Shown one piece after another: positions 17,737-26,540 of a stretch of DNA of 54,421 nucleotides; position 1 is the stretch's first letter; each line of letters opens with the position of its first letter. This DNA comes from Deltaproteobacteria bacterium (GTDB taxonomy: Bacteria; Myxococcota_A; Polyangia; JAAYKL01): the NCBI GenBank assembly GCA_030591725.1, contig JAUVAN010000001.1, forward strand, positions 1 to 54,421. The letters are read 5' to 3'. The position numbers and the translations under genes are program-made. Below the pieces are notes generated by a model. That model did no database searches. It worked only from the letters and a program-made list of their open reading frames with translations, and was not told the origin of the DNA.

Positions 17737-20700
17737 AAACGGCACAGAGACCCCGACCTCCACGATTCTGCGGCAATCGGAGTTCTTTTCTACGATCGCC
17801 ACCATCGGTGTGTATGGAGAGCCGCCGACGCGGCTCGTGGAAATGGACGCGGACTCCGAAGAGGTATCGGACTATGTGCGTGGGAGAGTGGGAGCCCTGG
17901 TCGAGAACGCGAAGCTGAACGCCGAAAAATTGCCCGAGATCGCGGCCGGTTGTCTTCACCAGGCGGGTCGCTTTCTCGACAACAAGGCGAAGAGGCCGTC
18001 GGAGGCGTGGAGATGTCATGGGGGCGCCCTTACGATTCTGCCGGGGTATCGTCCGGCTCTGGCAGCCATGCGGCGTCTGGCCCGACGCGGCGGGGAGTCC
18101 GATAAGCTGGGAGTGGCGCTCAATGCCTGCATCGAGGTACCCGGCTTGCCGGCGGAAACAGTCACTTCGCTTTGCGAAAAAAGTGTAGTGGATCTCAAGT
18201 CGGGCAGCGACGCGAGCACTCTTGATTCTCTTCGGGAGGCCGTGCGCGTATCCCCCGACTCCATTCTCCCGCACCTGCTCAAGCTCGGGCCGGCCGCAAG
18301 GGAGGGTGATGACCACGAATTGATCGAGTCTCTCCACGCGGTGGCTGATCGCTGTCCTGACCAGAGAGTATCAATTGTGGCGCGGATGGCTCTGGTTCTC
18401 GTGGAAGAGCGTCTCGGAAACCTGGATGCGGCCCTGGAGCGCCTCGCGGAGATAGAGCCGGACGAGCAAAACAAGACGGCGCTGGCGTGGCTCAAGGTGA
18501 GACTGCAGATCCGGACGGGGGCTCTCGACGAGGCAGCGAGGACTCTCGGAGATCTTCGCGACGGATCCGGTTCTGAAGAGTTTTCCCTGGCCGTCGATCG
18601 AATCAGGAAGGCGATCAATGCGCTGTCGCTCGGTGAGCGGGAGACTGATGGGTCTACCGTGGATTCTTCGTGGGATATCGATTTACTTTGCCGTTGGAAG
18701 AGCGACGATTTTGGGGCGGAGGTGAAGGCGGCAGGGGCAGCGGTGGACTTTGTGTCGTCCGATACGATGAAGGCGGCGCTTTTCGAGAACACCCTCCTGG
18801 CTGCGATCGACGACGATTCAGGGGCGGAAAAGATACCGAAGGACGTGGATCGAAGCACACCTCGGGGGAGGGCTCTCGCGCTGGCCCTTCGAGAGGTCGA
18901 CAAGGACGACGCGACGGCGCTGCTCGCCGATCCGGAGGTCGACCCGCTGGGTTGTCTCCATGCAGCCCTCACTCATGGTGAGGACGCCGTGGTGATCAAC
19001 GCGCTTGAAGCCCTTGGAAGCAAGGCGGAGGGGGAGACGGATCGTTGGGATATCCTGGTAGCCAGGGCGGCTGTCATGCGCGACGCCGGAACCGAGCCGG
19101 TAAAAGCGCTGGAGGTCCTCAAAAACGAGGCGAACCGGATTCACAAGAGGCCCCTGGCCTCGCTCGTCAGGCTTCACGACCGGACTCCCGAAAGCCTCGC
19201 TTCACTCGCACTCTCACAGGCGGGTGACGTGAAGAACCCGGACGAAAAGGCCGATATGCTGTCCTTTGCAGCAACTCATTTTGAGAAGTTCGACCCGGCC
19301 CGGGCAGCCGAGCTTCATCGCGAGGCGTTATCATTGTGCCCCACTTGCCTCATGGCGCTGTTCGCGCTCGAGCGGGAGGGTAGTGATCATTCCAGCATAG
19401 CTATTGCCCTGGCTGCGGCAGCCGAGTCCTCCATTGACGAGAGGGATCGAGCGGTGAGCTTTGTCAAGTCCGGCGTGCACCACCTCGCTTCAGGGGTGAC
19501 GTCGCGGGCGCTTGAGTCGTTTATAAAGGCCCTCAAAGTGGCTCCCGGGGACGAGGAGCTGCGTGACTCGATTCTCCGTCTGGCGGCGTGTCATCCGGAT
19601 CTCCTGGAAGACATGGACTTGCTACAACCGCAGGATCTCGAGAATTTCTCACTGGAAAGAGTGCTGTCTCTTGGGGCGTTGGCGTTCGGCCTGGACGCGG
19701 TTGCGGCGACCAGGTTGTTTGGAAAAGCGATCGAGATAGATCCAGAAGACCCGGTAGCGGTGGTGGGTTTCACCGAGTCGGCACTGAAGAGTGGCCGCAA
19801 GAGCGAGGAATCCAGCCGATTGTTGTCGCTTCTGCGAGATGCCTCGTCGCCCCAGGAGGAGGCGTGGGTCTACCTCAGGATCGCACAGGTGGATGAGCGT
19901 TATGGCCAAGATGTGGGCGCTGCGATGTTGTCCCTCATGACGCTGGAGGAGAAGCTGCCGGGCCACAGGCCCACCCTCGGTCGACTCGCCATGTATTACG
20001 CAAGGCAAAAGCGGTTACAAGATCTGACCTGGGTCGTCCATGCCCTGTCGAACAGCCTGAACGACGATGAAGATGCGGCCTGTGCGGCAATGGTCGCATG
20101 GCGGGAGTCGATGGTCGACATCGAGCCGCTCAAGATTGCAGTATCGCGACAACCGACTTCGGTTCTCCATCTGGCCTATCTGGAGGCGCGCACCGGGGAT
20201 AAGGGGGAGCAGCGTGCTTGCCTCGAGAGCATTGTTCGACAACTTGGTGAATCGGTTGTGCACGTGTCTCGACTTGCCGACCTCCTCGAAGAGGGCGGCG
20301 AGGCACAAGCGGCATTGGAGTTGCGGAGACAGGCTCTGGAAAACAGCCCCGACTCACTTCTCGATCTCCTGGGCATAGAGCGGATCCAGGAGCGCGAGCA
20401 GGATTATCCGGCATTGATCGAGACCCTGATCCGGATCGCGGGCACCAGCAAGGTAAAGGAATTCCAGATTGCAAAGCTCCTTTTCGCCGCCCGGTTGGCC
20501 CAGGAGCAGATGAATGATCCACAGCGGGCGGCCAGGCTCTGCCTCGAGGTGTTGCAAAAGGATCCGGTCAACGAGGAAGCATTTGATCGCGGAAAGGCGA
20601 TCCTCGAAAATGTGGGGGATTCGATCATGATGGGCCGGTTCCTTTCTGCGAGAGTAGAAGGGGTGACCGACCCGGCGCGGAAGCATCAACTGCTTATCGA

Positions 20701-22270
20701 TATAGCCAATACTCGGTTGAGCAACGATGACAGGGAGGGCGCCAAGTCGAGCCTGGCGCAAGCGCTCGAACTCTTTCCATCGGATCTGGAAACCCACAGG
20801 TGGATGGCTTCCTTGCGAATGCAGGACGAGGAGTGGGAGGAGGCGATACACCACCTGATGGAGGCCGCGAAGAACGTCAAGGATCCGGAGACGGGGATGG
20901 AGGTGTTCTACGATCTTGGTGTGCTGTACATGGATCGGAGCGAGAGAAAGGACCTTGCGGAGAAGAGCTTTGTCAAGGTGCTGGGGTGGAGCCGCGATCA
21001 TTTCCTCGCCATGGAGCGATTGGGCGTGCTCTACATGTCGATAGGAAACTGGGGCCGCGCCGCGCAGGCGCTCGAGCGCGTCATCATGCTGGCGACGGAA
21101 ACGGAGATCAAGACAGCCAAGATGGTTGATCTGGCGCACGTCCTGGAAACCAATCTGAACAGGTCCAAGGACGCGGAGAGGGTTCTTTCCGAAGCGCGGC
21201 GAATCGATCCGTTGGACATCAGACCGGTGGAATATCTGGCGGGGATGTATACGCGGCAAAAAGACCCCATGGCCCTGAACGTTCTGCTGGATCAGGCGCT
21301 CACCACGCAAGCCTCGGCGATTGTCAAGAACCCGGACAACGGCGTTTTCTATTCCAACATGCTCTTCTTGTTGGCCCTGAAGTCGCAGGATGAGGTCGCG
21401 TCGCTGGCGGCGGCAGCCATGCGTATAGTCGGCGCCGAGCCGACGGAGCATTCAAAAACTGCGTCCGTGGAAAGCACATGGGAACTGGGAGCGAGGATAA
21501 GCGACCCGGTTGTAGAGGGGTACATCTGCCCCAAACACGTGCCCATCGGGATGAGGGCGACACTCCAGGCTGTCGAGGAACCCGTGGCAAAACTCTTCGG
21601 GTTCAGCGCCAAGCAGTTGGGGCTTGGTCGCGATGCTCGCGTGGACCGAAAGCTTCCGTTGCCCATGGCGATTGCCGAGCTGGCAACCACTTTTGGAATC
21701 AAACCCGAACCCGTAGTTTATGCGGGCGACGACAACGATATCCGTGTCATACCAGGATCTCCCTTCGCGGTGGTCGTGCCGACACATGTGGTCGGGTCCA
21801 CCGAGGATAACGTTGTCAGATTTGCAGCTACCTTTGCCGTGACGTCCATCAGGTGGGGAATTTCCCTCGCCACGATTCTCACGGAGCAGCAGCTACAGCA
21901 GGCCATCGGCGGCCTGGTCAGGTTGTTCGTTCCGGATTTCGCACCGACCGGCATGGACCCCTCCGTTCTTGTGAGCGTTTCGCAGAACCTCGATAAGGTT
22001 CTGACGGCGAAGATCAAGACGATCGTTCAGCCTTTTGCGTTCGACTGCGCCAGGGTGGTGGAAGTGGGCGATGTTCGCGAGAATATAGTCACCATGAGCC
22101 ACCGTGCCGGATTCCTGTCCACCGGTTCGCTCACGGGGTCCGTCGAGGCGCTTCGTGCAATTACCGGTAATCCGTCGGCGACGCTCGCTCAGTTGCCGGT
22201 GGTGGGTCGCATGATGGCATTCATCTTCAGCAAGGATCATCTGGAGCTGCGCAAGCGGATGGGCATCTAG
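17729..22270 (+). CDS. Giant (1513 aa) helical-repeat (TPR-like) protein with a paralogous C-terminal domain
   Basis: Uninterrupted ORF. The GTG at 17729 overlaps the upstream stop (17734-17736); an alternative ATG lies at 17843. TPR-like segments are present (for example WEEAIHHLMEAAKNVKDPE, GNWGRAAQALERVI). Confidence 0.85.
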   Translation: MDRNGTETPTSTILRQSEFFSTIATIGVYGEPPTRLVEMDADSEEVSDYVRGRVGALVENAKLNAEKLPEIAAGCLHQAGRFLDNKAKRPSEAWRCHGGALTILPGYRPALAAMRRLARRGGESDKLGVALNACIEVPGLPAETVTSLCEKSVVDLKSGSDASTLDSLREAVRVSPDSILPHLLKLGPAAREGDDHELIESLHAVADRCPDQRVSIVARMALVLVEERLGNLDAALERLAEIEPDEQNKTALAWLKVRLQIRTGALDEAARTLGDLRDGSGSEEFSLAVDRIRKAINALSLGERETDGSTVDSSWDIDLLCRWKSDDFGAEVKAAGAAVDFVSSDTMKAALFENTLLAAIDDDSGAEKIPKDVDRSTPRGRALALALREVDKDDATALLADPEVDPLGCLHAALTHGEDAVVINALEALGSKAEGETDRWDILVARAAVMRDAGTEPVKALEVLKNEANRIHKRPLASLVRLHDRTPESLASLALSQAGDVKNPDEKADMLSFAATHFEKFDPARAAELHREALSLCPTCLMALFALEREGSDHSSIAIALAAAAESSIDERDRAVSFVKSGVHHLASGVTSRALESFIKALKVAPGDEELRDSILRLAACHPDLLEDMDLLQPQDLENFSLERVLSLGALAFGLDAVAATRLFGKAIEIDPEDPVAVVGFTESALKSGRKSEESSRLLSLLRDASSPQEEAWVYLRIAQVDERYGQDVGAAMLSLMTLEEKLPGHRPTLGRLAMYYARQKRLQDLTWVVHALSNSLNDDEDAACAAMVAWRESMVDIEPLKIAVSRQPTSVLHLAYLEARTGDKGEQRACLESIVRQLGESVVHVSRLADLLEEGGEAQAALELRRQALENSPDSLLDLLGIERIQEREQDYPALIETLIRIAGTSKVKEFQIAKLLFAARLAQEQMNDPQRAARLCLEVLQKDPVNEEAFDRGKAILENVGDSIMMGRFLSARVEGVTDPARKHQLLIDIANTRLSNDDREGAKSSLAQALELFPSDLETHRWMASLRMQDEEWEEAIHHLMEAAKNVKDPETGMEVFYDLGVLYMDRSERKDLAEKSFVKVLGWSRDHFLAMERLGVLYMSIGNWGRAAQALERVIMLATETEIKTAKMVDLAHVLETNLNRSKDAERVLSEARRIDPLDIRPVEYLAGMYTRQKDPMALNVLLDQALTTQASAIVKNPDNGVFYSNMLFLLALKSQDEVASLAAAAMRIVGAEPTEHSKTASVESTWELGARISDPVVEGYICPKHVPIGMRATLQAVEEPVAKLFGFSAKQLGLGRDARVDRKLPLPMAIAELATTFGIKPEPVVYAGDDNDIRVIPGSPFAVVVPTHVVGSTEDNVVRFAATFAVTSIRWGISLATILTEQQLQQAIGGLVRLFVPDFAPTGMDPSVLVSVSQNLDKVLTAKIKTIVQPFAFDCARVVEVGDVRENIVTMSHRAGFLSTGSLTGSVEALRAITGNPSATLAQLPVVGRMMAFIFSKDHLELRKRMGI

Positions 22271-22293
22271 AAGGAGCGGTACAGGACCAACCA

Positions 22294-22848
22294 ATGCGCA
22301 TCGGAGTATTCGGCGGCACGTTCGATCCACCACACATGGGACACCTGGAGCTTGCCTCGATCGCCCTGGAGTCGGGTCTTATCGACCGGGTCATGTTCGT
22401 GCCGTGTTTGAGGCATGCGCTTGGAAAAACCCCTGCCGGGTTCGAGCATCGGTTTGCCATGTGCAAGGCGCTCGTGGGAGGTAAGGACAACATGGAGGCG
22501 TCGGACATCGAGAGCAGGTTGGATACAGGGGGAAGGACACTGGATCTCCTGAACGCGCTTGGGCATGAGTTTTCCGATGGCAATCTGCGCCTGCTTGCGG
22601 GGACCGACATCTATCACGAGCGCGATCGCTGGTATCGGTTCGATGAGGTGGCCCGGCTCGCGCCGCCCATTTACGTCGAGCGGCTCGGAGCGGACCCCAT
22701 CCCCCACAAGACGTTGGCGGCGCCGCGCATGGTAAGCTCGCGCGAGATTCGAAGGGTCGTCTCGGAAGGGCGCGTCCCGAAGGAGTGGATCACCGAGGCC
22801 GTTGCGGCGTATATCACACGGCATCACCTGTATGGGTACGGGACATGA
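22294..22848 (+). CDS. nadD: Nicotinate-nucleotide adenylyltransferase
   Basis: MRIGVFGGTFDPPHMGHL (the (H/T)xGH motif). 184 aa. AAGGAG SD upstream. Confidence 0.9.
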   Translation: MRIGVFGGTFDPPHMGHLELASIALESGLIDRVMFVPCLRHALGKTPAGFEHRFAMCKALVGGKDNMEASDIESRLDTGGRTLDLLNALGHEFSDGNLRLLAGTDIYHERDRWYRFDEVARLAPPIYVERLGADPIPHKTLAAPRMVSSREIRRVVSEGRVPKEWITEAVAAYITRHHLYGYGT

Positions 22849-23723
22849 ACGACAGAGTTTTCATCATCGGTTGCGGAGCTGTGGGCGCTTCACTGGCCGG
22901 CGCGATTTCACAGACCGGCCTCCGCATATCCGGGGTGTTCGACCTGCGTGAAGATCGCTCCACAGAGTTGGCCTTGCAGATCGGTGGCTCGGCCCATTTC
23001 GGGGCGCTGCCGGAGATAACGGCCCACGCACGAATTGTCATCGTCGCCGTGCCGGATGGGTCGATAGGTGACGTGGCCGCGCGGGCGGCGGCGGATGGGA
23101 TCTGTTCGAGAGATCAGGTCTGGCTGCACTGTTCGGGGCAGTTCGGCGCGGATGCCCTCGCGCCCCTCGATGATCTGGTAGCTGGAACGGGAACGCTGCA
23201 CCCGGCGCTGGTCTTTCCCCCAGGCGCCGTCCGGGAAATACCTTTCGGAACGCACTTCGCCGTCGACGGAAACAATCGGGCGGTCGCGGCTGCGCAAGAA
23301 CTGGCGGAGCTTCTGCGAGGTTCATCGGTAGTAGTTCCGGCCGGTGCGCGACCGGGTTATCACGCGGCAACGGTGATTGCCAGCAACTATGTGGTGACGC
23401 TTATGGCCGAGGCGAGGAAGATCCTCGAGGCCCAGGGAATGGACGCCGATGTGGCGCAGAGCCTGCTGACGAATCTGACATCCAGCGCGGTGGAGGCCGC
23501 GTCGGCAAGGGGAATAGAGGCTTCCCTGAGCGGACCCGTCAGGCGGGGTGATACGGACACCGTCGAGCGGCACATCGATGCCCTCTCATCACTTCCCAAA
23601 ACCGGGGAACTGTATCGATTTTTGGGAGCGCGGACGATCGACCTGGTCCGGTCTCTCGCAGAACTCGATCCCGAAAAGATCCGCGAGATGGAGAACAAAT
23701 TGGGGTCAAAACCCTCCACTTGA
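22845..23723 (+). CDS. Rossmann-like / DUF2520 domain oxidoreductase-like protein
   Basis: The ATG at 22845 overlaps the nadD stop (ATGA). N-terminal IIGCGAVGASLA dinucleotide fold; C-terminal HAATVIASNY ... LSGPVRRGD pattern typical of DUF2520. Confidence 0.7.
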   Translation: MNDRVFIIGCGAVGASLAGAISQTGLRISGVFDLREDRSTELALQIGGSAHFGALPEITAHARIVIVAVPDGSIGDVAARAAADGICSRDQVWLHCSGQFGADALAPLDDLVAGTGTLHPALVFPPGAVREIPFGTHFAVDGNNRAVAAAQELAELLRGSSVVVPAGARPGYHAATVIASNYVVTLMAEARKILEAQGMDADVAQSLLTNLTSSAVEAASARGIEASLSGPVRRGDTDTVERHIDALSSLPKTGELYRFLGARTIDLVRSLAELDPEKIREMENKLGSKPST

Positions 23724-23773
23724 CATATAGAGGAACAAATTGGGGTCAAAACCCTCCACTTGACATATAGAGG
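23693..23773. repeat. Perfect 40-bp tandem duplication (2 copies + 1 nt)
   Basis: GAACAAATTGGGGTCAAAACCCTCCACTTGACATATAGAG occurs twice with no mismatch. Copy 1 contains the last codons and stop (23721-23723) of the DUF2520 gene. Copy 2 ends exactly at the stop of the convergent lipoprotein gene (23774). Confidence 0.95.
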
Positions 23774-24259
23774 CTAGTCGTTCAGGCAGCACCAGCCGTT
23801 GTCGGGGCAGCCGATCTGGGGCTTGGGGGAGCTGGCGCACTCGGTATCGCTGCACACCGCGTCTCCGGAGGTGACGGACTCGCACTGGTCGGTGAAGAAG
23901 CAACAGACTTCGCCGTCAACCGTGCAGTCCTCGGAGGGTTTGGTCCCCCCGGGGCAGTCGGAGGACTCCGCCTGACAGGTCCCGTCGAAAGTGTAAGCGA
24001 ACTGAAGGACCTCCGCCGAGCACGACGTTCCAGGGTCGGAGTCGGTGTCGGTGTCAGCGTCTGTGTCAGTGTCGGAATCGGAATCCGAGTCGGAATCGGA
24101 ATCCGAGTCGGAATCAGAATCGGAATCCGAGTCGGTGTCCGAGTCGGTGTTGGAGTCCGTTCCCGCGTCGATGTTAGATGGAGAGCTTTTGTCGCAAGAG
24201 GTGATCGAGGCGGCGAGTAGCATCGAAATAAGAAGCATGTTGATTCTGGGATTGGTCAT
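23774..24259 (-). CDS. Small lipoprotein: lipobox, poly(Ser/Thr-Asp) linker, 12-Cys C-terminal domain
   Basis: Start placed at MTNPRINMLLISMLLAASITSC (lipobox ITSC). About 42 aa of (S/T)D repeats follow, then an 83-aa domain with 12 Cys including two x-G-x-CC motifs (DGEVCC, DNGWCC). Confidence 0.75.
   Translation of the reverse strand: MTNPRINMLLISMLLAASITSCDKSSPSNIDAGTDSNTDSDTDSDSDSDSDSDSDSDSDSDSDTDTDADTDTDSDPGTSCSAEVLQFAYTFDGTCQAESSDCPGGTKPSEDCTVDGEVCCFFTDQCESVTSGDAVCSDTECASSPKPQIGCPDNGWCCLND
24035..24160 (-). repeat. Hexanucleotide-type coding microsatellite encoding (Ser/Thr-Asp)n
   Basis: Plus strand reads GAGTCGGAATCGGAATCC... for about 125 nt. Confidence 0.9.
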
Positions 24260-24391
24260 GGCTTGTGAACCTTGTTTCTGAGAGTTTATCGAGTTTGTAG
24301 ACAATAAGTTGTTTTCGAGGGAAAAAAAAGGCCTAAAAAGGAGCGCGAAGAGGCGACCAATGCGGCGAACGCCGGCGACGGCGGACAATCG

Positions 24392-25222
24392 TCAAAAACG
24401 TTTGACCGCGGGCTTTGCCGGGGTTCCGTCGATCATGGAGAGGTCGGGGACTCTTTCAAGGAAGACCTCGGAGTCGATCTCATTGTTCATGTACGCTATT
24501 CCCGCCTGGATATACTCCACGCAAAGCAAGATCGCCCGGTCCGCCAGCTCCACTGAAAGCTCCAACAGTCGGGGATCATCAGCGGGCAACGTCTTGACCC
24601 ACGGTACGAGACCCGTGGAACTGCCTGCTCCGAAGAGCGCGAGGTTCCTCAGCCAGGAACGAAGTCTCCAGGCTGTAGGCGTCGAGCCGTGGATTTGAAA
24701 GAAGGCGTCTCGAACCATGTCCTCCCACCCTGCAGACGGGCGCAGCCATAGCGATCGGCGGCAGTACGGGGTTCCCATTCCGCTGTGAGAGAGCAGATGG
24801 TAATGGCAATGAAGATCCATTTGATCTTCGATACGTTTGTGAACCGCATCCGGATCGGTGGTTCCGTCGGCGTCGGCAAGTACTCGCTTTACGATCTCCG
24901 GGTGAAAGATCAGGTCTACCGCCTGGTGGGTTAACGCTCCCAATGCCACGGCGCGTCTTTCCGGTGTTTTTGCCCGGTCGAGGAGGGCAAGACACAGTCC
25001 GCTGGGAGATCTCTGGTGAACGAGCGTGCCCCACGGGTTGAAGTTCAGGGGTTGTCTCGCCAGCATCTTCAGACCGGTGAGCCAGAGTTTGTCGTAGTAC
25101 GGAAGATCAACGAGCACCGCGCCGAGTCGGAAATCGTCACGGCTATTCAGGATCCCGGCCCCATCGTCGATCCTGCTCAGGGCGGCGTCGGCCAGGGTAG
25201 TATGGAGCAGGGTTCCAGCCAT
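24392..25222 (-). CDS. Zinc-dependent phospholipase C-like / His-rich metal-dependent hydrolase family protein (tentative)
   Basis: 276 aa. N-terminal GTLLHTTLADAAL, DLPYYD, LTHQAVDLIFHPEI and HCHYHLLSH His clusters resemble the bacterial PLC-like (PF00882-type) family. Not verified by search. Confidence 0.45.
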   Translation of the reverse strand: MAGTLLHTTLADAALSRIDDGAGILNSRDDFRLGAVLVDLPYYDKLWLTGLKMLARQPLNFNPWGTLVHQRSPSGLCLALLDRAKTPERRAVALGALTHQAVDLIFHPEIVKRVLADADGTTDPDAVHKRIEDQMDLHCHYHLLSHSGMGTPYCRRSLWLRPSAGWEDMVRDAFFQIHGSTPTAWRLRSWLRNLALFGAGSSTGLVPWVKTLPADDPRLLELSVELADRAILLCVEYIQAGIAYMNNEIDSEVFLERVPDLSMIDGTPAKPAVKRF

Positions 25223-25226
25223 TGTT

Positions 25227-25475
25227 CTACAACGGTGGCTTCGGGGGCACGGGCACTCGGGTCAGGCCGATTTCAAGGGAGATTGCGTCGAGGAGCTCGT
25301 CCAGCTCCTCCACGAAGTCCGGCGCAACCATCAGGTCGACAATATCGTCCGCGCCCTCTCTCGTCGTGGGTGTGGCCATGCCGTCGTGGGATTCCAATAG
25401 CCATTTGAGGTAGCCGATGTGCTCGCGTCCGACCTTGACGGATCGCAGGATCATGGATCTTGGGGTAGTAGACAT
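25227..25475 (-). CDS. DUF4911-like small protein
   Basis: 82 aa. IGYLKWLLESHDGMATPTT ... VDLMVAPDF pattern. It lies 4 nt upstream of the PLC-like gene, so the two look like an operon. Confidence 0.45.
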   Translation of the reverse strand: MSTTPRSMILRSVKVGREHIGYLKWLLESHDGMATPTTREGADDIVDLMVAPDFVEELDELLDAISLEIGLTRVPVPPKPPL

Positions 25476-25601
25476 CCTCTTCCTTCTAACATGTGTCCCA
25501 GTGGTCGGTCTTCCGGGTCAGGTCGTTTTTTTGACCGCGTGTAGTATAAACACCTACAATGATTCTGGAGCACCTGTTTTGTGTTCCCAGAGGTGAACCG
25601 G

Positions 25602-26540
25602 ATGAATGCAATAAAAGTACGTTCTGGACCTTTCCACCAATTCACATTCATCGCCGTGAGTCTGCTCATGGTTGTGTCTTCGGGGTGTTCGAACGGCAAG
25701 GAAGCCCTGACAAAAACCATCGACGATCTCAATCGAGAGCTGTTGATGGCCAGGGCCGGCAAGCTCAATCTGACCGCGAGGAACGTCGCTCTGGACGACA
25801 AGGTGCTGCTTCTGGAAAAACAGATCGAGAAGTGCCAGTCCGAGGAGGACGAGAAACGGCTCCGGGTCGTGACACTGACCACGAGTCCGAAAGTCGAATC
25901 CGAGCCGCCGGTAGCCGAGGAGATTATCTGGAAAGATCAGGAAGTCCCCAGGAAAAACGACGATAAAAAGCGACCCGTGCTCACCATCGTTGGTGAAAGA
26001 CGCCCGTCGGCCGGCGCCGGATCATCGCATTCTTCCGGCGGTCCCGTCGTTCCTGCTCTCATCGTCGGAGGCGACAATCTCGGAGTGGTGGATGCCGCCG
26101 GCGAGGGAAGCCCTGCTCTCGGGCCGATGGACGATTTCCACAAGGCCTATCGCGCCTACTCCAACAAGAACTTCACAGTAGCCCTGGAGATGTTTTCCAT
26201 GTTCGTCAAGGAATACCCGGGCAATGAATACGCGGACAACGCCATGTACTGGAAGGGCGAGTGTTTCTTCGGCCAGGGGAAGATGCTGAAGGCCATAGGA
26301 GAGTACGAGCGTCTGCTGAGGCGATATCCGCGTTCGGAGAAGACCGCGTCCACGCTGTATCGAATCGGCTTCATTTACGACAAGCTCCATGATCGTCAGA
26401 GGGCTCGGGAGTATTATTTCAAGGTGGTCGAAGTGCATCCCGGGACACAGGCGGCTCGAAAGGCAAGCCTGCGTGTTGCTGCGATTCGGGAGGAGAAGGG
26501 CGCCTCCATGAGTTTGCTGCCGACATCCGTGAAAAGGTGA
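25602..26540 (+). CDS. ybgF: Tol-Pal system protein YbgF/CpoB-like lipoprotein
   Basis: The ATG at 25602 follows SD AGAGGTG. Lipobox VSSGC, a coiled-coil segment, then the YbgF-type TPR block (YRAYSNKNFTVALEMF ... YWKGECFFGQGK ... YRIGFIYDKL). Confidence 0.75.
   Translation: MNAIKVRSGPFHQFTFIAVSLLMVVSSGCSNGKEALTKTIDDLNRELLMARAGKLNLTARNVALDDKVLLLEKQIEKCQSEEDEKRLRVVTLTTSPKVESEPPVAEEIIWKDQEVPRKNDDKKRPVLTIVGERRPSAGAGSSHSSGGPVVPALIVGGDNLGVVDAAGEGSPALGPMDDFHKAYRAYSNKNFTVALEMFSMFVKEYPGNEYADNAMYWKGECFFGQGKMLKAIGEYERLLRRYPRSEKTASTLYRIGFIYDKLHDRQRAREYYFKVVEVHPGTQAARKASLRVAAIREEKGASMSLLPTSVKR

Noticed and set aside
13207-22270. The giant TPR proteins considered as STAND/NLR-like (Avs-type) defence NTPases or as BcsC/secretion-type TPR enzymes.
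   Set aside because: No Walker A/B, nuclease, protease or glycosyltransferase motifs were found by eye anywhere in the three giants. No signal peptides were seen either.
24322-24345. Possible terminator (T8 run on the minus strand) between the PLC-like gene and the lipoprotein gene.
   Set aside because: Only a 3-bp stem (CCT-TTTT-AGG) precedes the T-run, which is too weak to call.
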